Source: a virus (Duplodnaviria > Caudoviricetes). From it: DNA of 31,749 bases. The stretch covers positions 1 through 31,749 of IMG/VR virus record IMGVR_UViG_3300010398_000027. The stretch is one strand, 5' to 3'. Position 1 is the first letter of the stretch, and every line of letters starts with the position of its first letter. Positions 7,377 to 16,825 of the stretch are shown here, in pieces. The position numbers and the translations under genes were made by a program. The notes under the pieces are model-generated. The model searched no databases, had not been told where the DNA came from, and was given only the letters and a program-made list of their open reading frames with translations.

Positions 7377-7526
7377 TCACCTAGAACGGCCGTGCGCATT
7401 GGGATTTTCCCAATGTTGCAACGACGGTTTGGGACTTATGGCCCATAATCCCACGTTGGTCAGCTCCCCAGCGCACCCAGGATGCGCGGCACCGCCCACG
7501 CCCAGTGTGTACGTACCGATTTGCAT
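7377..7526 (-). CDS. Possible 49-aa ORF over a hairpin-rich segment
   Basis: Strong GAGGAGGAG SD before ATG, but atypical codon usage. Confidence 0.35.
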   Translation of the reverse strand: MQIGTYTLGVGGAAHPGCAGELTNVGLWAISPKPSLQHWENPNAHGRSR

Positions 7527-7540
7527 GCTTCGCTCCTCCT

Positions 7541-7759
7541 CTAGCGATGTTCGGGTGGGTGCCGGCGCAGCCACCATGCCTCGTGGTCGGGGAGCTTCGC
7601 GCCGCTGGCGATCGCGGCGTCGCGGTAAAAGTCGCGCTCGTCGACCAGGTCCAGAATGCGCTCGTCCTTACTGGTCACCAGCAGCTTCACCAGGAATACG
7701 ATTGCACCGGCCAGCCCGCCGATCAGTCCGCCCAGCAGCCCGAAGTCCTGGACATTCAC
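7541..7759 (-). CDS. Single-TM holin-like protein
   Basis: FGLLGGLIGGLAGAIVFLVKLLV followed by a charged tail; in the lysis cassette. Confidence 0.65.
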   Translation of the reverse strand: MNVQDFGLLGGLIGGLAGAIVFLVKLLVTSKDERILDLVDERDFYRDAAIASGAKLPDHEAWWLRRHPPEHR

Positions 7760-7762
7760 GGC

Positions 7763-8017
7763 TCACCGCCGTGCGGCCACCGGCGTCACCGGAAACCTCG
7801 CATTCGCGTCCGTGCCGCCGTTCGGCGTGCGCGAGGGCAATGGCGTCGGACCATACGGTGGCACCGCGGCCGGCATCGCCGCGGCCACCTCAAGCACGGT
7901 TTCGTACAGCTGCACGCCCGCCCATGCGCCGACGATGCCACCGGACGCCGTGAAGCCGAAGGCCTGCACCAGCGGCGACTGCACCGCGAGCACGACGGCC
8001 ACCATAAGGCGACGCAC
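7763..8017 (-). CDS. Hydrophobic small protein, possible lysis accessory
   Basis: Fills the gap between peptidase and holin-like genes; hydrophobic N-half. Confidence 0.4.
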   Translation of the reverse strand: MRRLMVAVVLAVQSPLVQAFGFTASGGIVGAWAGVQLYETVLEVAAAMPAAVPPYGPTPLPSRTPNGGTDANARFPVTPVAARR

Positions 8018-8020
8018 CCA

Positions 8021-8506
8021 TCACACCAGCCATACCACGCTGAAAGCGCCCAGCCGCTGGAAATCGTACGGACTGAGCACGTCGTAGACGCCCTTGTAAC
8101 CCGGTGCCGAGTTGGCGATCCACAGGTTCGAGCCCTGCACACCGCGGAGGCCGACCCAGTGATACCAGGCCGCGCCTGACATCAGGCCCGTCGTGCCCTG
8201 CGCGAGCTCGTAGACCGTGTCGAAGTCCAGCCAGCTCTGCGACGACTCGCGGCCGTACTGCTCGAGCACGGCTTGCAGCGCTGCACCTGAGGCGTCGTGG
8301 AGCCCGACGTCGGGCGAGATGTTGTTCGGATAGCCGATCTCGTACACGGTGGTCTCGCGACTGCCGTAGATATCGTCGGTCACGACTAACCCGGTGGCGC
8401 GTTTCAGCCACTCGAGGCTGCACGCCGAGCACGTCCAGTCATACAGCTGGCCAGGCTGGCTGGTCCACGGGTCATACCAGGCGGATGGCGGCGACTCTTC
8501 CTCAAC
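8021..8506 (-). CDS. C39-like cysteine peptidase domain of a putative endolysin (frame has no start codon before the catalytic Cys)
   Basis: Frame reads ...QPGQLYDWTCSACSL... upstream of GTG 8383, then YHWVGLRG...LWIANS (Q/C/H/N papain-like set). Confidence 0.75.
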   Translation of the reverse strand, partial: VEEESPPSAWYDPWTSQPGQLYDWTCSACSLEWLKRATGLVVTDDIYGSRETTVYEIGYPNNISPDVGLHDASGAALQAVLEQYGRESSQSWLDFDTVYELAQGTTGLMSGAAWYHWVGLRGVQGSNLWIANSAPGYKGVYDVLSPYDFQRLGAFSVVWLV

Positions 8507-8687
8507 GAAAGGGCACCCGGTTGACCCGGTTGTCCTCCTCGTACCACCAGTACTGGCTGTCGCGCGCGAGCGTCAAACTGATCTTGTGGCCATCGTCCAG
8601 GATGATGTAGCGCTCGTCCGAGCGGGCCTCGTCGCCATTGTCGGCAATGGCCTGCTGCACGCCGGGGCCGATGTTGTAGTCGGTCAT
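8502..8687 (-). CDS. N-terminal module of putative endolysin (0-frame ORF)
   Basis: GAAGGAG SD, ATG 8687; ends CCC TTT CGT TGA overlapping the peptidase frame. Confidence 0.75.
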   Translation of the reverse strand: MTDYNIGPGVQQAIADNGDEARSDERYIILDDGHKISLTLARDSQYWWYEEDNRVNRVPFR

Positions 8688-8697
8688 GTGTGCTCCT

Positions 8698-9594
8698 TCA
8701 TGCAAATTCAAAGCGTTTCGAGGCGGGATTCCAGACGATGAGCGGCGCGGTACCGGACGACTGGAAAGCGCCGCTGCCCCACCGCGTCGGTGGGCCGGAG
8801 GCGACGGTTTGAAAGGCGCCGGTGTACCAGTACACGTAGCCCGTCACGACCAGGACGTGGCCCAGGCTGAGCGCCTGCCCCTGGCCCGCGGTCACCGTGA
8901 TCGGATAGGTATGCGCCGCCGGGATGACGGTCCAGGTCCTCGCGACGGATTGCGCCTGATTCAGCGCGCGCGCGAGCCGCGCCTGCTTGACGAGACTGGT
9001 CGCCTGCGTCTGGAAGGCCGTCAGCACGCGTGGCAGCGTGCGCGCCGCCAGTACGGTCAGCAGTTGCGACTCTGCGAGCGCACGCGGCAGACGGATCTGC
9101 TTGACGAGGACAGCGGCCTGCGTCTGCGCCAGGCTGAGCTGGCGGAGCAGCGCGCGCGCGCTGGTCAGCGCGAGCGACTGTGCCTGCGTCAGGGCCCGCG
9201 CGAGACGGGGTTGCTTGAGAAGTGCCAGCGCCTGCGTCTGGGTGAGCGCGCGCGCAAGCCGCGGCTGCTTGACCAGGCTGACCGACTGGGCCTGCGTCAA
9301 CCCGCGGGCCAGTTGCGCCTGCTTGAGCAGCGCCAGTGCTTGCGCCTGGGTGGCGCTGACCGTCCGCAAGTAGACGCGTTGCGCCGCAAGGCTCAGCGCT
9401 TGCGCCTGTACGAGCGCGCGCGCAAGCCGCGGCTGCTTGACCAGGCTGACCGACTGGGCCTGCGTCAGCGCCGACGCGCGGCGGACCTGCAGTTGCAGGC
9501 TGACCGCCTGCGCCTGGCTCAGCTGGGTGGCAAAGTCCCAGAACCGATTGGTGTCGTACTGAGAGACGCCGTCGTCCCAGTGGCCAATCGGCAC
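8698..9594 (-). CDS. Repetitive fibre-like virion protein
   Basis: About 10 imperfect 18/20-aa repeats (ARALTQAQSVSLVKQPRL). Confidence 0.75.
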   Translation of the reverse strand: MPIGHWDDGVSQYDTNRFWDFATQLSQAQAVSLQLQVRRASALTQAQSVSLVKQPRLARALVQAQALSLAAQRVYLRTVSATQAQALALLKQAQLARGLTQAQSVSLVKQPRLARALTQTQALALLKQPRLARALTQAQSLALTSARALLRQLSLAQTQAAVLVKQIRLPRALAESQLLTVLAARTLPRVLTAFQTQATSLVKQARLARALNQAQSVARTWTVIPAAHTYPITVTAGQGQALSLGHVLVVTGYVYWYTGAFQTVASGPPTRWGSGAFQSSGTAPLIVWNPASKRFEFA

Positions 9595-9611
9595 CGGCTA
9601 ACTCCATCTGA

Positions 9612-10007
9612 CTAGGTGAACTGGACGCGCGCGGTGAACTGGATGCTGTCGCCCGAGTTCAGCGCCTGGCTCAGGCCGTCGAAGATGGCGTAGAGCACGC
9701 CGCCGGACGGGGGCGAGCCGGAGCCGGCGGCGTCGAAGACGCCCACGTTGGTGATCGTTTTGGCGCCCGTCGCGGTGATGGTGCCCACGATCTGATGCGT
9801 GTCGTTGGTTTGCGTCGTGGTGAACTGGCTCGAGGTGCCGTTGGCGCGCGCCTCAGCCGCCGGCGTCGACAGGTCGGTACTGGTCGCCGAGCCGGCCGTC
9901 GCGCCCGTGCCCCAGCCGATGTAGTGCGGCTCGGCCTGCGTCGGCGTCGCGCCGAACATGCGGCCGCTGATTACTGCTTTTCCGGCGTTCGGACAGAGTG
10001 ACGCCAC
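9612..10007 (-). CDS. Virion structural protein (fibre-attachment/collar-like beta sandwich)
   Basis: YIGWGTG...TDL...ITNVGVFDAA..GGVL...LNSGDSIQFT pattern typical of phage fibre-base proteins. Confidence 0.7.
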   Translation of the reverse strand: MASLCPNAGKAVISGRMFGATPTQAEPHYIGWGTGATAGSATSTDLSTPAAEARANGTSSQFTTTQTNDTHQIVGTITATGAKTITNVGVFDAAGSGSPPSGGVLYAIFDGLSQALNSGDSIQFTARVQFT

Positions 10008-10186
10008 CGCAGATAGTTCTCCTTCAGTGTGTGCATCATCGAAACACGGTGATCAAAACTGGCGATCATGCCCAGTTCTTCGACCTGCCGCTCGGGACAC
10101 GCGAGCGGACATTGCGCGTGCGCGGTGCACGCGCGGATCACGCGCGCGCTGAGCGTGGCCGCCACCGGGACCTCGGACGCGCTCAC
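9971..10186 (-). CDS. Hypothetical protein
   Basis: GTGA coupling to the upstream gene; fills the operon gap. Confidence 0.55.
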   Translation of the reverse strand: MSASEVPVAATLSARVIRACTAHAQCPLACPERQVEELGMIASFDHRVSMMHTLKENYLRWRHSVRTPEKQ

Positions 10187-10404
10187 GGCGGCGGCGGCGG
10201 CGGCCCGCCGGGATCCAGCACGGCCATCACGCGCTGCACGTAGGCGCGCAATTCTTTGTCCTGCGCCACCAGCGTGCCGGTGGTCGGGTTCACGAAACTG
10301 TCCATGCGCAGCCAGTTCTGGCCGAGCCAGCGCTGCAGATAGGTCTGCACGTCGTCGCCGAGCGCGTACAGCAGGAAGTTGCCGCTCTTACTCTTGAGCG
10401 TCAC
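10183..10404 (-). CDS. Hypothetical protein
   Basis: GTG 10404 coupled (GTGA); MTLKSKSGNFLLYAL... Confidence 0.65.
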   Translation of the reverse strand: MTLKSKSGNFLLYALGDDVQTYLQRWLGQNWLRMDSFVNPTTGTLVAQDKELRAYVQRVMAVLDPGGPPPPPP

Positions 10405-10607
10405 GCGTGATCCGGTGCCGCGAGGACATGGTTTTTGTCCTCGCTCAGATACGCCGGGTCGGTGCGCATCAGCGCCTCGTACTCGAGGGGATCGAACAAC
10501 ACGGCCACCTTGTGGGCGTTGCCGACGGCGCCGCCCGAGGGCTCCATGCCCACGATCAGCCCGTTGCCTGGATCTACGTACACCACCTTGAACTGAAAGT
10601 CGGTCAT
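10401..10607 (-). CDS. Hypothetical protein
   Basis: ATG 10607 coupled (ATGA); MTDFQFKVVYVDPGNG... Confidence 0.7.
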   Translation of the reverse strand: MTDFQFKVVYVDPGNGLIVGMEPSGGAVGNAHKVAVLFDPLEYEALMRTDPAYLSEDKNHVLAAPDHA

Positions 10608-10969
10608 GCCAGTACCCACCTTCCGGGGCCATCCAGCCGATTGGTCTGCAACCTGACGTGCGACTCGGCGAGCGCCGTCGGGTCGCCGGCCTGCACCTGG
10701 CCGCACGGGCAGCCGTTGGTCTGCGCGTGCGTCACGAACATCTGCTGCACGCTCTGCGGCTGCGCGCCCCCGCTCGCCGGGTGCGTGCTCGCCGAGTCGC
10801 ACATCGGGCAGACGATGACCAGAAAGTTGTGATTCTCGGTGCCGTCGACGTTGAGCGCGTGCTTGACCGTCGAAGGGTCGATGGTGCCGCCGTGCCCGCC
10901 ACCGGGCGCGTCGTCGTGGATCACCTGCCACGCGGTCGCCGAGGTGAAGTCGCTCACGTATATCGACAC
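10604..10969 (-). CDS. Hypothetical zinc-binding protein
   Basis: GGAGG SD; CPMC...H...CPC. Confidence 0.7.
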   Translation of the reverse strand: MSIYVSDFTSATAWQVIHDDAPGGGHGGTIDPSTVKHALNVDGTENHNFLVIVCPMCDSASTHPASGGAQPQSVQQMFVTHAQTNGCPCGQVQAGDPTALAESHVRLQTNRLDGPGRWVLA

Positions 10970-11045
10970 CCTGCACCTCCAAGCTCCTTCTGAGCAGACG
11001 ACTTCGGTGGAAGGGTGGTCGATTCACAGGGATACGTGTACGTGC

Positions 11046-12203
11046 TCATGGGTTGGCCTCGACGGTGATGCAGTTGCCCGCAGTGTTGGCGTACGCGTAG
11101 CCATCACCAGCGGCCGTCGCCTGGACCTGGACCCAGACCACGTCGACGCCCGCCGTGTTGACCACGGGCTGGCCGGCATTCGATACCGTCCACGTCCCCA
11201 CTTTGGTCACGGTCGGGGTGACCGGCTTGCGGGCTTTATAGGACAACGTCGTGCGGATGATGCCGCCGGCACTGTTGTTGTTCTGCGACACAATGAGACT
11301 GCCAGTTGTTTCACCAATGATCTCGTAGTACCGCGCGCAGCGTGCCCAGTCGTCGGCCGGATGGAGCGGCACGTAGTTAGCCGGCTGGACGCCAACCACC
11401 AGGCAGGCGTTATCGATGTACGCCGTGCACGAGGCTGAAAATGAAATACACGCTTGGAGTATTTGCGGAGAGCTGAGCGCCGTGGCAAAGACCGTCAGGG
11501 TGTGATAGGTGCCATCACCCGGATGGAACGCGGAATACACGAAATTGTCGCCCGGATTCGCGGTGTCAACGCCAATGCGCACGGCATTGGCCACTGACGT
11601 CCGGACCCGCATGCTCAGCGACACCGGCAGTCCCCAGATGCCCGGTTGGTCCGCGAGCGTCAGGCTCTGATAGATACGGCTCAGTCCTGTGCCCGTCCCG
11701 AGCGTGAACGTCGCGGCCAGGGCCGCCTGACCATAGTTGTCATAGTTGGTGGTCTTGCTCACCGAGAATGTGTCGGTGCCCGTGACGAAGATCGCCCACC
11801 GATCAGCCGTGTAATTGGCGGTGAACGGGCCGTTGCCCCTCTGCCACACCTCGAAACCAGGATTCGTGAGCAAATTCGCACGCGCCACGTCCGCGCCCAG
11901 CGCCGCGTTCGGCACCGAGGCCGTCGGCAGCGTCAGTGATGGGCCAGTGACCGTGGTGTTGCCCAGATTCACCCCGTTCACGTCGGCGCGGATCAGCAGC
12001 GTGCCGTCCGACTTCAGCACGTTCAGCGCGCGCGAGTTCGTCGCCTCTAGGTTCTGCACGCTCAGCGCGTAGTTGGTGGCGTCGTTGACCGACGTCTCGG
12101 CAATGGGGATGCCCTTGCCGCTGGCCCCGTTCAGCGAATCCACGATCTGGTCCAGGTTGGCCGAGGCGATCAGGTCGCCAGGGTTCACGCGCGCGAAAGG
12201 CAT
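11046..12203 (-). CDS. Tail fibre / receptor-binding protein with carbohydrate-binding-like domain
   Basis: NLLTNPGFEVWQRG...YTADRW and ...DDWARCARYY motifs seen in phage fibre proteins. Confidence 0.75.
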   Translation of the reverse strand: MPFARVNPGDLIASANLDQIVDSLNGASGKGIPIAETSVNDATNYALSVQNLEATNSRALNVLKSDGTLLIRADVNGVNLGNTTVTGPSLTLPTASVPNAALGADVARANLLTNPGFEVWQRGNGPFTANYTADRWAIFVTGTDTFSVSKTTNYDNYGQAALAATFTLGTGTGLSRIYQSLTLADQPGIWGLPVSLSMRVRTSVANAVRIGVDTANPGDNFVYSAFHPGDGTYHTLTVFATALSSPQILQACISFSASCTAYIDNACLVVGVQPANYVPLHPADDWARCARYYEIIGETTGSLIVSQNNNSAGGIIRTTLSYKARKPVTPTVTKVGTWTVSNAGQPVVNTAGVDVVWVQVQATAAGDGYAYANTAGNCITVEANP

Positions 12204-12206
12204 GGC

Positions 12207-14252
12207 TTATGGGGACCCCCAGTGCTCGTTAGTGTCGTACTTGCTGACGCCATCGTCCCACCGTACCGGCGACCAGGTCACCGACACGCTCGGATCCGGC
12301 GCCAGCAGCTTCAGGGTGAGCGTGGCGACGATCACCGGCTCCGCCGTGCCCTTGCCGCTTTCGCCGCGCAGATAGATGACCCGTCGTTCGATAGGCGGCA
12401 GCACCAGCACGCTGTAGGTCTCGCCGAACTCGTCGCGCAAACTGACGCGGCCGCCCCACTGCAACGGCTCGAGTTTCCAGTAGTCGTTCTGCGTGCGCGA
12501 GATGTCGCGGCCGCCGAAGCGATCCACGTTGCCCTCGCCGAGCAGCACTTCGTAGGTGCGCACGCGCCGCAACGCCGGCCGCAGCTGCGCGCGCAGCATG
12601 ATCGCGCGCACGGCGACCGGCGCGTACGACGGGTTGGTGCCGTCCATGCACACCGCGATGCGCCGGCCAAAAAAGTCCGCCTGGCCGACGATGCTCGACT
12701 GCGGCGACTGGGTCGCGGTGCCGAAGTCCTGCAAGCCGCCGCCGTCCGCGCCCACCGTGAAGTCGAGCGTTGCCGAGCCGCTCAGCAGGCCGTCAGCCTG
12801 CACGTCGATCTGCAGCAGGTCCTTGGTGGTCACCGGGTGCTGCCAGTCCTCGCCGGGGATGTGCACCTCCCAGCTGGTGGCGAAGGTCATCTCGGGGTCC
12901 TGCATGGGATTCTCGGTGCGCGCGATGATGCCCCAGCGCAGGTGCACCGAGCTGTCGCTGGTCTTGAGCGAGCCGACCCACAGCCGCGGCGGCGAGGTCA
13001 GGCCGCTGACCGCCAGCATGCGGCACACCTCGCCTTTGAGCACGATCAGGCCGCCGTGCCACAGCATGGGCGAGGGCCCGATGGCCTGCGGGCTGGCGCC
13101 GTAACCGGCCCCGTAGCCGAACGGCGAGGTGCCCGCGTCGCCCTGCCGAATGTCGCGGCCCCACATGACGTACGAGTCCTGGCCGTTGTAGACCGCGGCG
13201 ATGATCCAGGGTCCGTACGAGGTCTGGGCGAGGATCTTGCCGCGGATGGGCGTCTCGTTGGGCAGGCCGTGGCCGGGCGTGACGGTGGTGATGCGCCCGG
13301 TCGTCGAGCCGCCCGAGACGTCGTAGCGGAACAGGCCCGCCAGGTCATTGACGTAGACGCTGCCGTTGGCGCACATCGCCGAGACGCCGTTGTCGTCGTC
13401 GACGGCGGCCTCGTAAAACGGCATCAGGTTCGGCGTGAAACCCGTGGTGCCGTCGACGTCGTGCAGGCCGTTGGTCTTGGCGACGTAGACGTGGCCCTGG
13501 TCCGAGACCAGGCTGTTGATGCTGTACGTGGTGTCGCCCACGCTGATGCTCGCGCCCCAGTTGCCGGCCGTCATGGGATCGGTCGCGGCGTTGGTCACGC
13601 TCGAGAGCGTGTCCTGGCCAATCAGCTGCCAGGCGCCCGTCGTGCCGCTGGCCTGCGCCTGATACCAGGCGTGCGCGATCGCTTTTCTGGTCGGGCCGCC
13701 GCCCGTCCAGGCGCCGGCCGCGTTGCGCACGAGCGGCCCCGGCGTCGACGAGCTCGTCTGCCCGGTCGAGGTGCCGACGTACAGGTTGCCCAGAAACGTG
13801 TCCATCGACCAGGCGATGTTGGCGGCGCCCAGGTCGAAGTCCTGCACGGGCGTGCCGGTGCCGTTCGGGATGCGGTAGATGTAGCGTCCGGCGCCGACGT
13901 AGAAGTGGCCGTTGTAGTCCTGCGCGCAGCGCGGCACGGCCTGCCCCACGCCCGCGGGCAGCGTGACCTCGGTCATGTACGGACCGGGCAGCACCAGCCG
14001 CGGAAAGCGACAGTCGGCGTTTTCGGCGTAGGCGTACGAGCCCTGCAGCAGGCGCCACGAGTAGCCGAAGCCGAGGTGGAACGTGTCCATGACCAGCGGC
14101 TCTTCGGAGACGTCGATGGGCTCGCCCGAGATCTGGACCGCGTTCGTCTCCTGGTCGACGGACTGCTGCTGCCGTTGGCCAGCCGCGCTGAACTGGAACA
14201 GGGTGAGATCCATCCCGTTCAGCGATATGGACTCTCTGAGCGGATACGGCAC
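12207..14252 (-). CDS. Tail nozzle / tubular protein B-like (beta-propeller)
   Basis: Repeated propeller-like blades (YNGHFYVG, FLGNLYVG, DQGHVYVA, ANGSVYV); podoviral position. Confidence 0.65.
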   Translation of the reverse strand: MPYPLRESISLNGMDLTLFQFSAAGQRQQQSVDQETNAVQISGEPIDVSEEPLVMDTFHLGFGYSWRLLQGSYAYAENADCRFPRLVLPGPYMTEVTLPAGVGQAVPRCAQDYNGHFYVGAGRYIYRIPNGTGTPVQDFDLGAANIAWSMDTFLGNLYVGTSTGQTSSSTPGPLVRNAAGAWTGGGPTRKAIAHAWYQAQASGTTGAWQLIGQDTLSSVTNAATDPMTAGNWGASISVGDTTYSINSLVSDQGHVYVAKTNGLHDVDGTTGFTPNLMPFYEAAVDDDNGVSAMCANGSVYVNDLAGLFRYDVSGGSTTGRITTVTPGHGLPNETPIRGKILAQTSYGPWIIAAVYNGQDSYVMWGRDIRQGDAGTSPFGYGAGYGASPQAIGPSPMLWHGGLIVLKGEVCRMLAVSGLTSPPRLWVGSLKTSDSSVHLRWGIIARTENPMQDPEMTFATSWEVHIPGEDWQHPVTTKDLLQIDVQADGLLSGSATLDFTVGADGGGLQDFGTATQSPQSSIVGQADFFGRRIAVCMDGTNPSYAPVAVRAIMLRAQLRPALRRVRTYEVLLGEGNVDRFGGRDISRTQNDYWKLEPLQWGGRVSLRDEFGETYSVLVLPPIERRVIYLRGESGKGTAEPVIVATLTLKLLAPDPSVSVTWSPVRWDDGVSKYDTNEHWGSP

Positions 14253-14262
14253 GGCTCGAGGC

Positions 14263-15213
14263 CTAGCCTGGCGTCAGGACGGTATAGCCGTAGCCGTAGT
14301 TGTCGCGTGACCGCACCGTGAGCACCGCGGGCCAGTGCTGCTTGCGCACCTGCGGATGCTGCAGGCTGAGCCGCTTCCACTGGTTGGCCGCCGCCCTGGC
14401 CTGCGCGCGCTGCTGACGGTAGGTGTTCTGGTCATCGGGCAGGCCCCACTTGCTGAGCTCGAGGAACACCCACGCGGCGCCGACGAGCTCCATGCCCAGC
14501 AGCGGCAGGATGGCCTGGTCGGTCTCGGCGTGCAGGCCCTCCGTCGTCGCCAGGCCGAAGCCGGTGCCCGTGTTGATCCACCACGACATCGGCACGTACA
14601 CCTGCGGCAGCAGCGTGTCGCCCGTACTTAGCGTCTGGGCGATCTCGATGCCGGGGTTGTCGGCGCCGGGCACCCAGCGCCAGTTGATCATCAGCTGATC
14701 GTCGTCGTTGGGCTGTGCACCCGAGGAGCGGTAATACACGTCCACGATCTGGTCCTCGGCCTGCAGCCACGGCGCGAGCGTGCCAATGGGGTAGACGCGC
14801 TGGTCCTGCACGGCAGCGATGGGTAGCTTCTGGACCGTCCAGCATTCGGCGAGCGCTTTGTTGACCAGGTCGTTCAAGCCGAGGCGGCCTTCGTAGCGCA
14901 CTGGCGGCAGGCGGCCGATGAACTCGACCGCAGTCCCCGTGGGCGTCAGGGTAGTATGCGCGCGCTCGAGCGTGACCGTGCCGGTGGTCTCATCCAACCC
15001 CTGGTACACCACGCGCCGCACCTGTCCCGCGTTCGGGCCGCTCGGCTGATACTCCCAGGTGTTGCCCAGAAAGCTCGGCTCGAGCTCGCTGCTGAGGAAG
15101 TCGTGCACGACCACCTGGTTGGCCTGGCTCGCGTCGGCGGTGGTGGTGGTCTGGATGTTGAAGCCGGCCGTGTCCGCCAGGCGGTGGCGATAGTCGGCTA
15201 GGGTCTGAGGCAC
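14263..15213 (-). CDS. Head-tail adaptor-like protein
   Basis: TLADYRHRLAD start, LNDLVNKAL, QRVYPI pattern; precedes the nozzle gene. Confidence 0.55.
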   Translation of the reverse strand: MPQTLADYRHRLADTAGFNIQTTTTADASQANQVVVHDFLSSELEPSFLGNTWEYQPSGPNAGQVRRVVYQGLDETTGTVTLERAHTTLTPTGTAVEFIGRLPPVRYEGRLGLNDLVNKALAECWTVQKLPIAAVQDQRVYPIGTLAPWLQAEDQIVDVYYRSSGAQPNDDDQLMINWRWVPGADNPGIEIAQTLSTGDTLLPQVYVPMSWWINTGTGFGLATTEGLHAETDQAILPLLGMELVGAAWVFLELSKWGLPDDQNTYRQQRAQARAAANQWKRLSLQHPQVRKQHWPAVLTVRSRDNYGYGYTVLTPG

Positions 15214-15215
15214 CC

Positions 15216-15596
15216 TCAGGCGTTGCCTTCGATGGCGACGCTCGCCGACACGCGCGCCGGGCCCGTCGTGGTGATGGTGTTGATCTGCACGGTGATGCGA
15301 TCACCGGGCCGCACGCCGGTCCTGCCGGGGTCGCCCGCCGCGTTGGTAAACTCGCCCGTCCCCGAGGCAAGGGTCGGCTTGTTGCCGGCGGTCGCCCAGA
15401 TGCTGGTGCCGTTGACGAGCACGTCGCCGACACACGCGCCGCCGCCGGCCGTCTGGGCGTAGAACTTGATGCCGGTGATGCGGCCGAAACACAGAATGAC
15501 GTACTCATTGAGGATCTGGCCAGCCGTGGTCGCGGCGTTGGAATAGCCGGCGACGGTATCGACGATGTTCTTGGCTTGTGCGCGTGTGCCTGGCAT
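15216..15596 (-). CDS. Small beta-rich virion protein
   Basis: GGAGG SD; DVLVNGTSIW...KPTL...GDRITVQI. Confidence 0.65.
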   Translation of the reverse strand: MPGTRAQAKNIVDTVAGYSNAATTAGQILNEYVILCFGRITGIKFYAQTAGGGACVGDVLVNGTSIWATAGNKPTLASGTGEFTNAAGDPGRTGVRPGDRITVQINTITTTGPARVSASVAIEGNA

Positions 15597-15620
15597 GGTC
15601 GGGGAAAGCCTCCTGCCGCT

Positions 15621-16396
<776 letters not shown>

Positions 16397-16412
<16 letters not shown>

Positions 16413-16822
16413 GGTGCTCCTTCGTCCGCGACGTATTCCGTCGGGATAGCGGGCCGCGCAAAGACCGCGGCGTACTCCCAGTCGACTTCGTCAGTCATCA
16501 GATGCGCGGCCTTCGGGCCGAAGGTGGGCAGCGTGCTCACGCGCCACAGGCTGTCATCCGTGGCCAGCGGCGCGCGTGGGCCAGCCGGCGGCCGCTTGCC
16601 AAAGCCCTTGACGGGCACGACCGGCAGCGGGCCACGCGGCTGGCGATCGCTGAGGCGAAGGAAGGTCCAGCCCTGCCGGGCGAGGTGCGCGTTCATGCGC
16701 TCGAGCGACCAGGCGAGGCGTGCCTGCAGCAGGTCGGGGTCTGGGCGCGCCGGCACGCGGACGTGGAAGAGCACCGTGTAGGCCTGCTGCTCGAGCTCGG
16801 GATGCGTGATGACGTGCGGCAT
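16397..16822 (-). CDS. Hypothetical protein
   Basis: In-operon ORF with GC3-rich codons. Confidence 0.7.
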
Positions 16823-16825
16823 GGC

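Noticed and set aside
8530-8545. In-frame ACA after GAGGAGG as a second target of the unusual tRNA, starting the peptidase
   Set aside because: The ACA abuts the SD with zero spacing and lacks the extended loop complementarity; a frameshift explains the locus better.
11046-12203. Diversity-generating retroelement target in the tail fibre
   Set aside because: No reverse transcriptase and no template/variable repeat pair seen in the window.
12222-14321. 699-aa plus-strand ORF (likewise 24228-26579 and 26560-28722)
   Set aside because: Antisense shadows of GC3-rich structural genes, with implausible Arg/Gly-rich composition.
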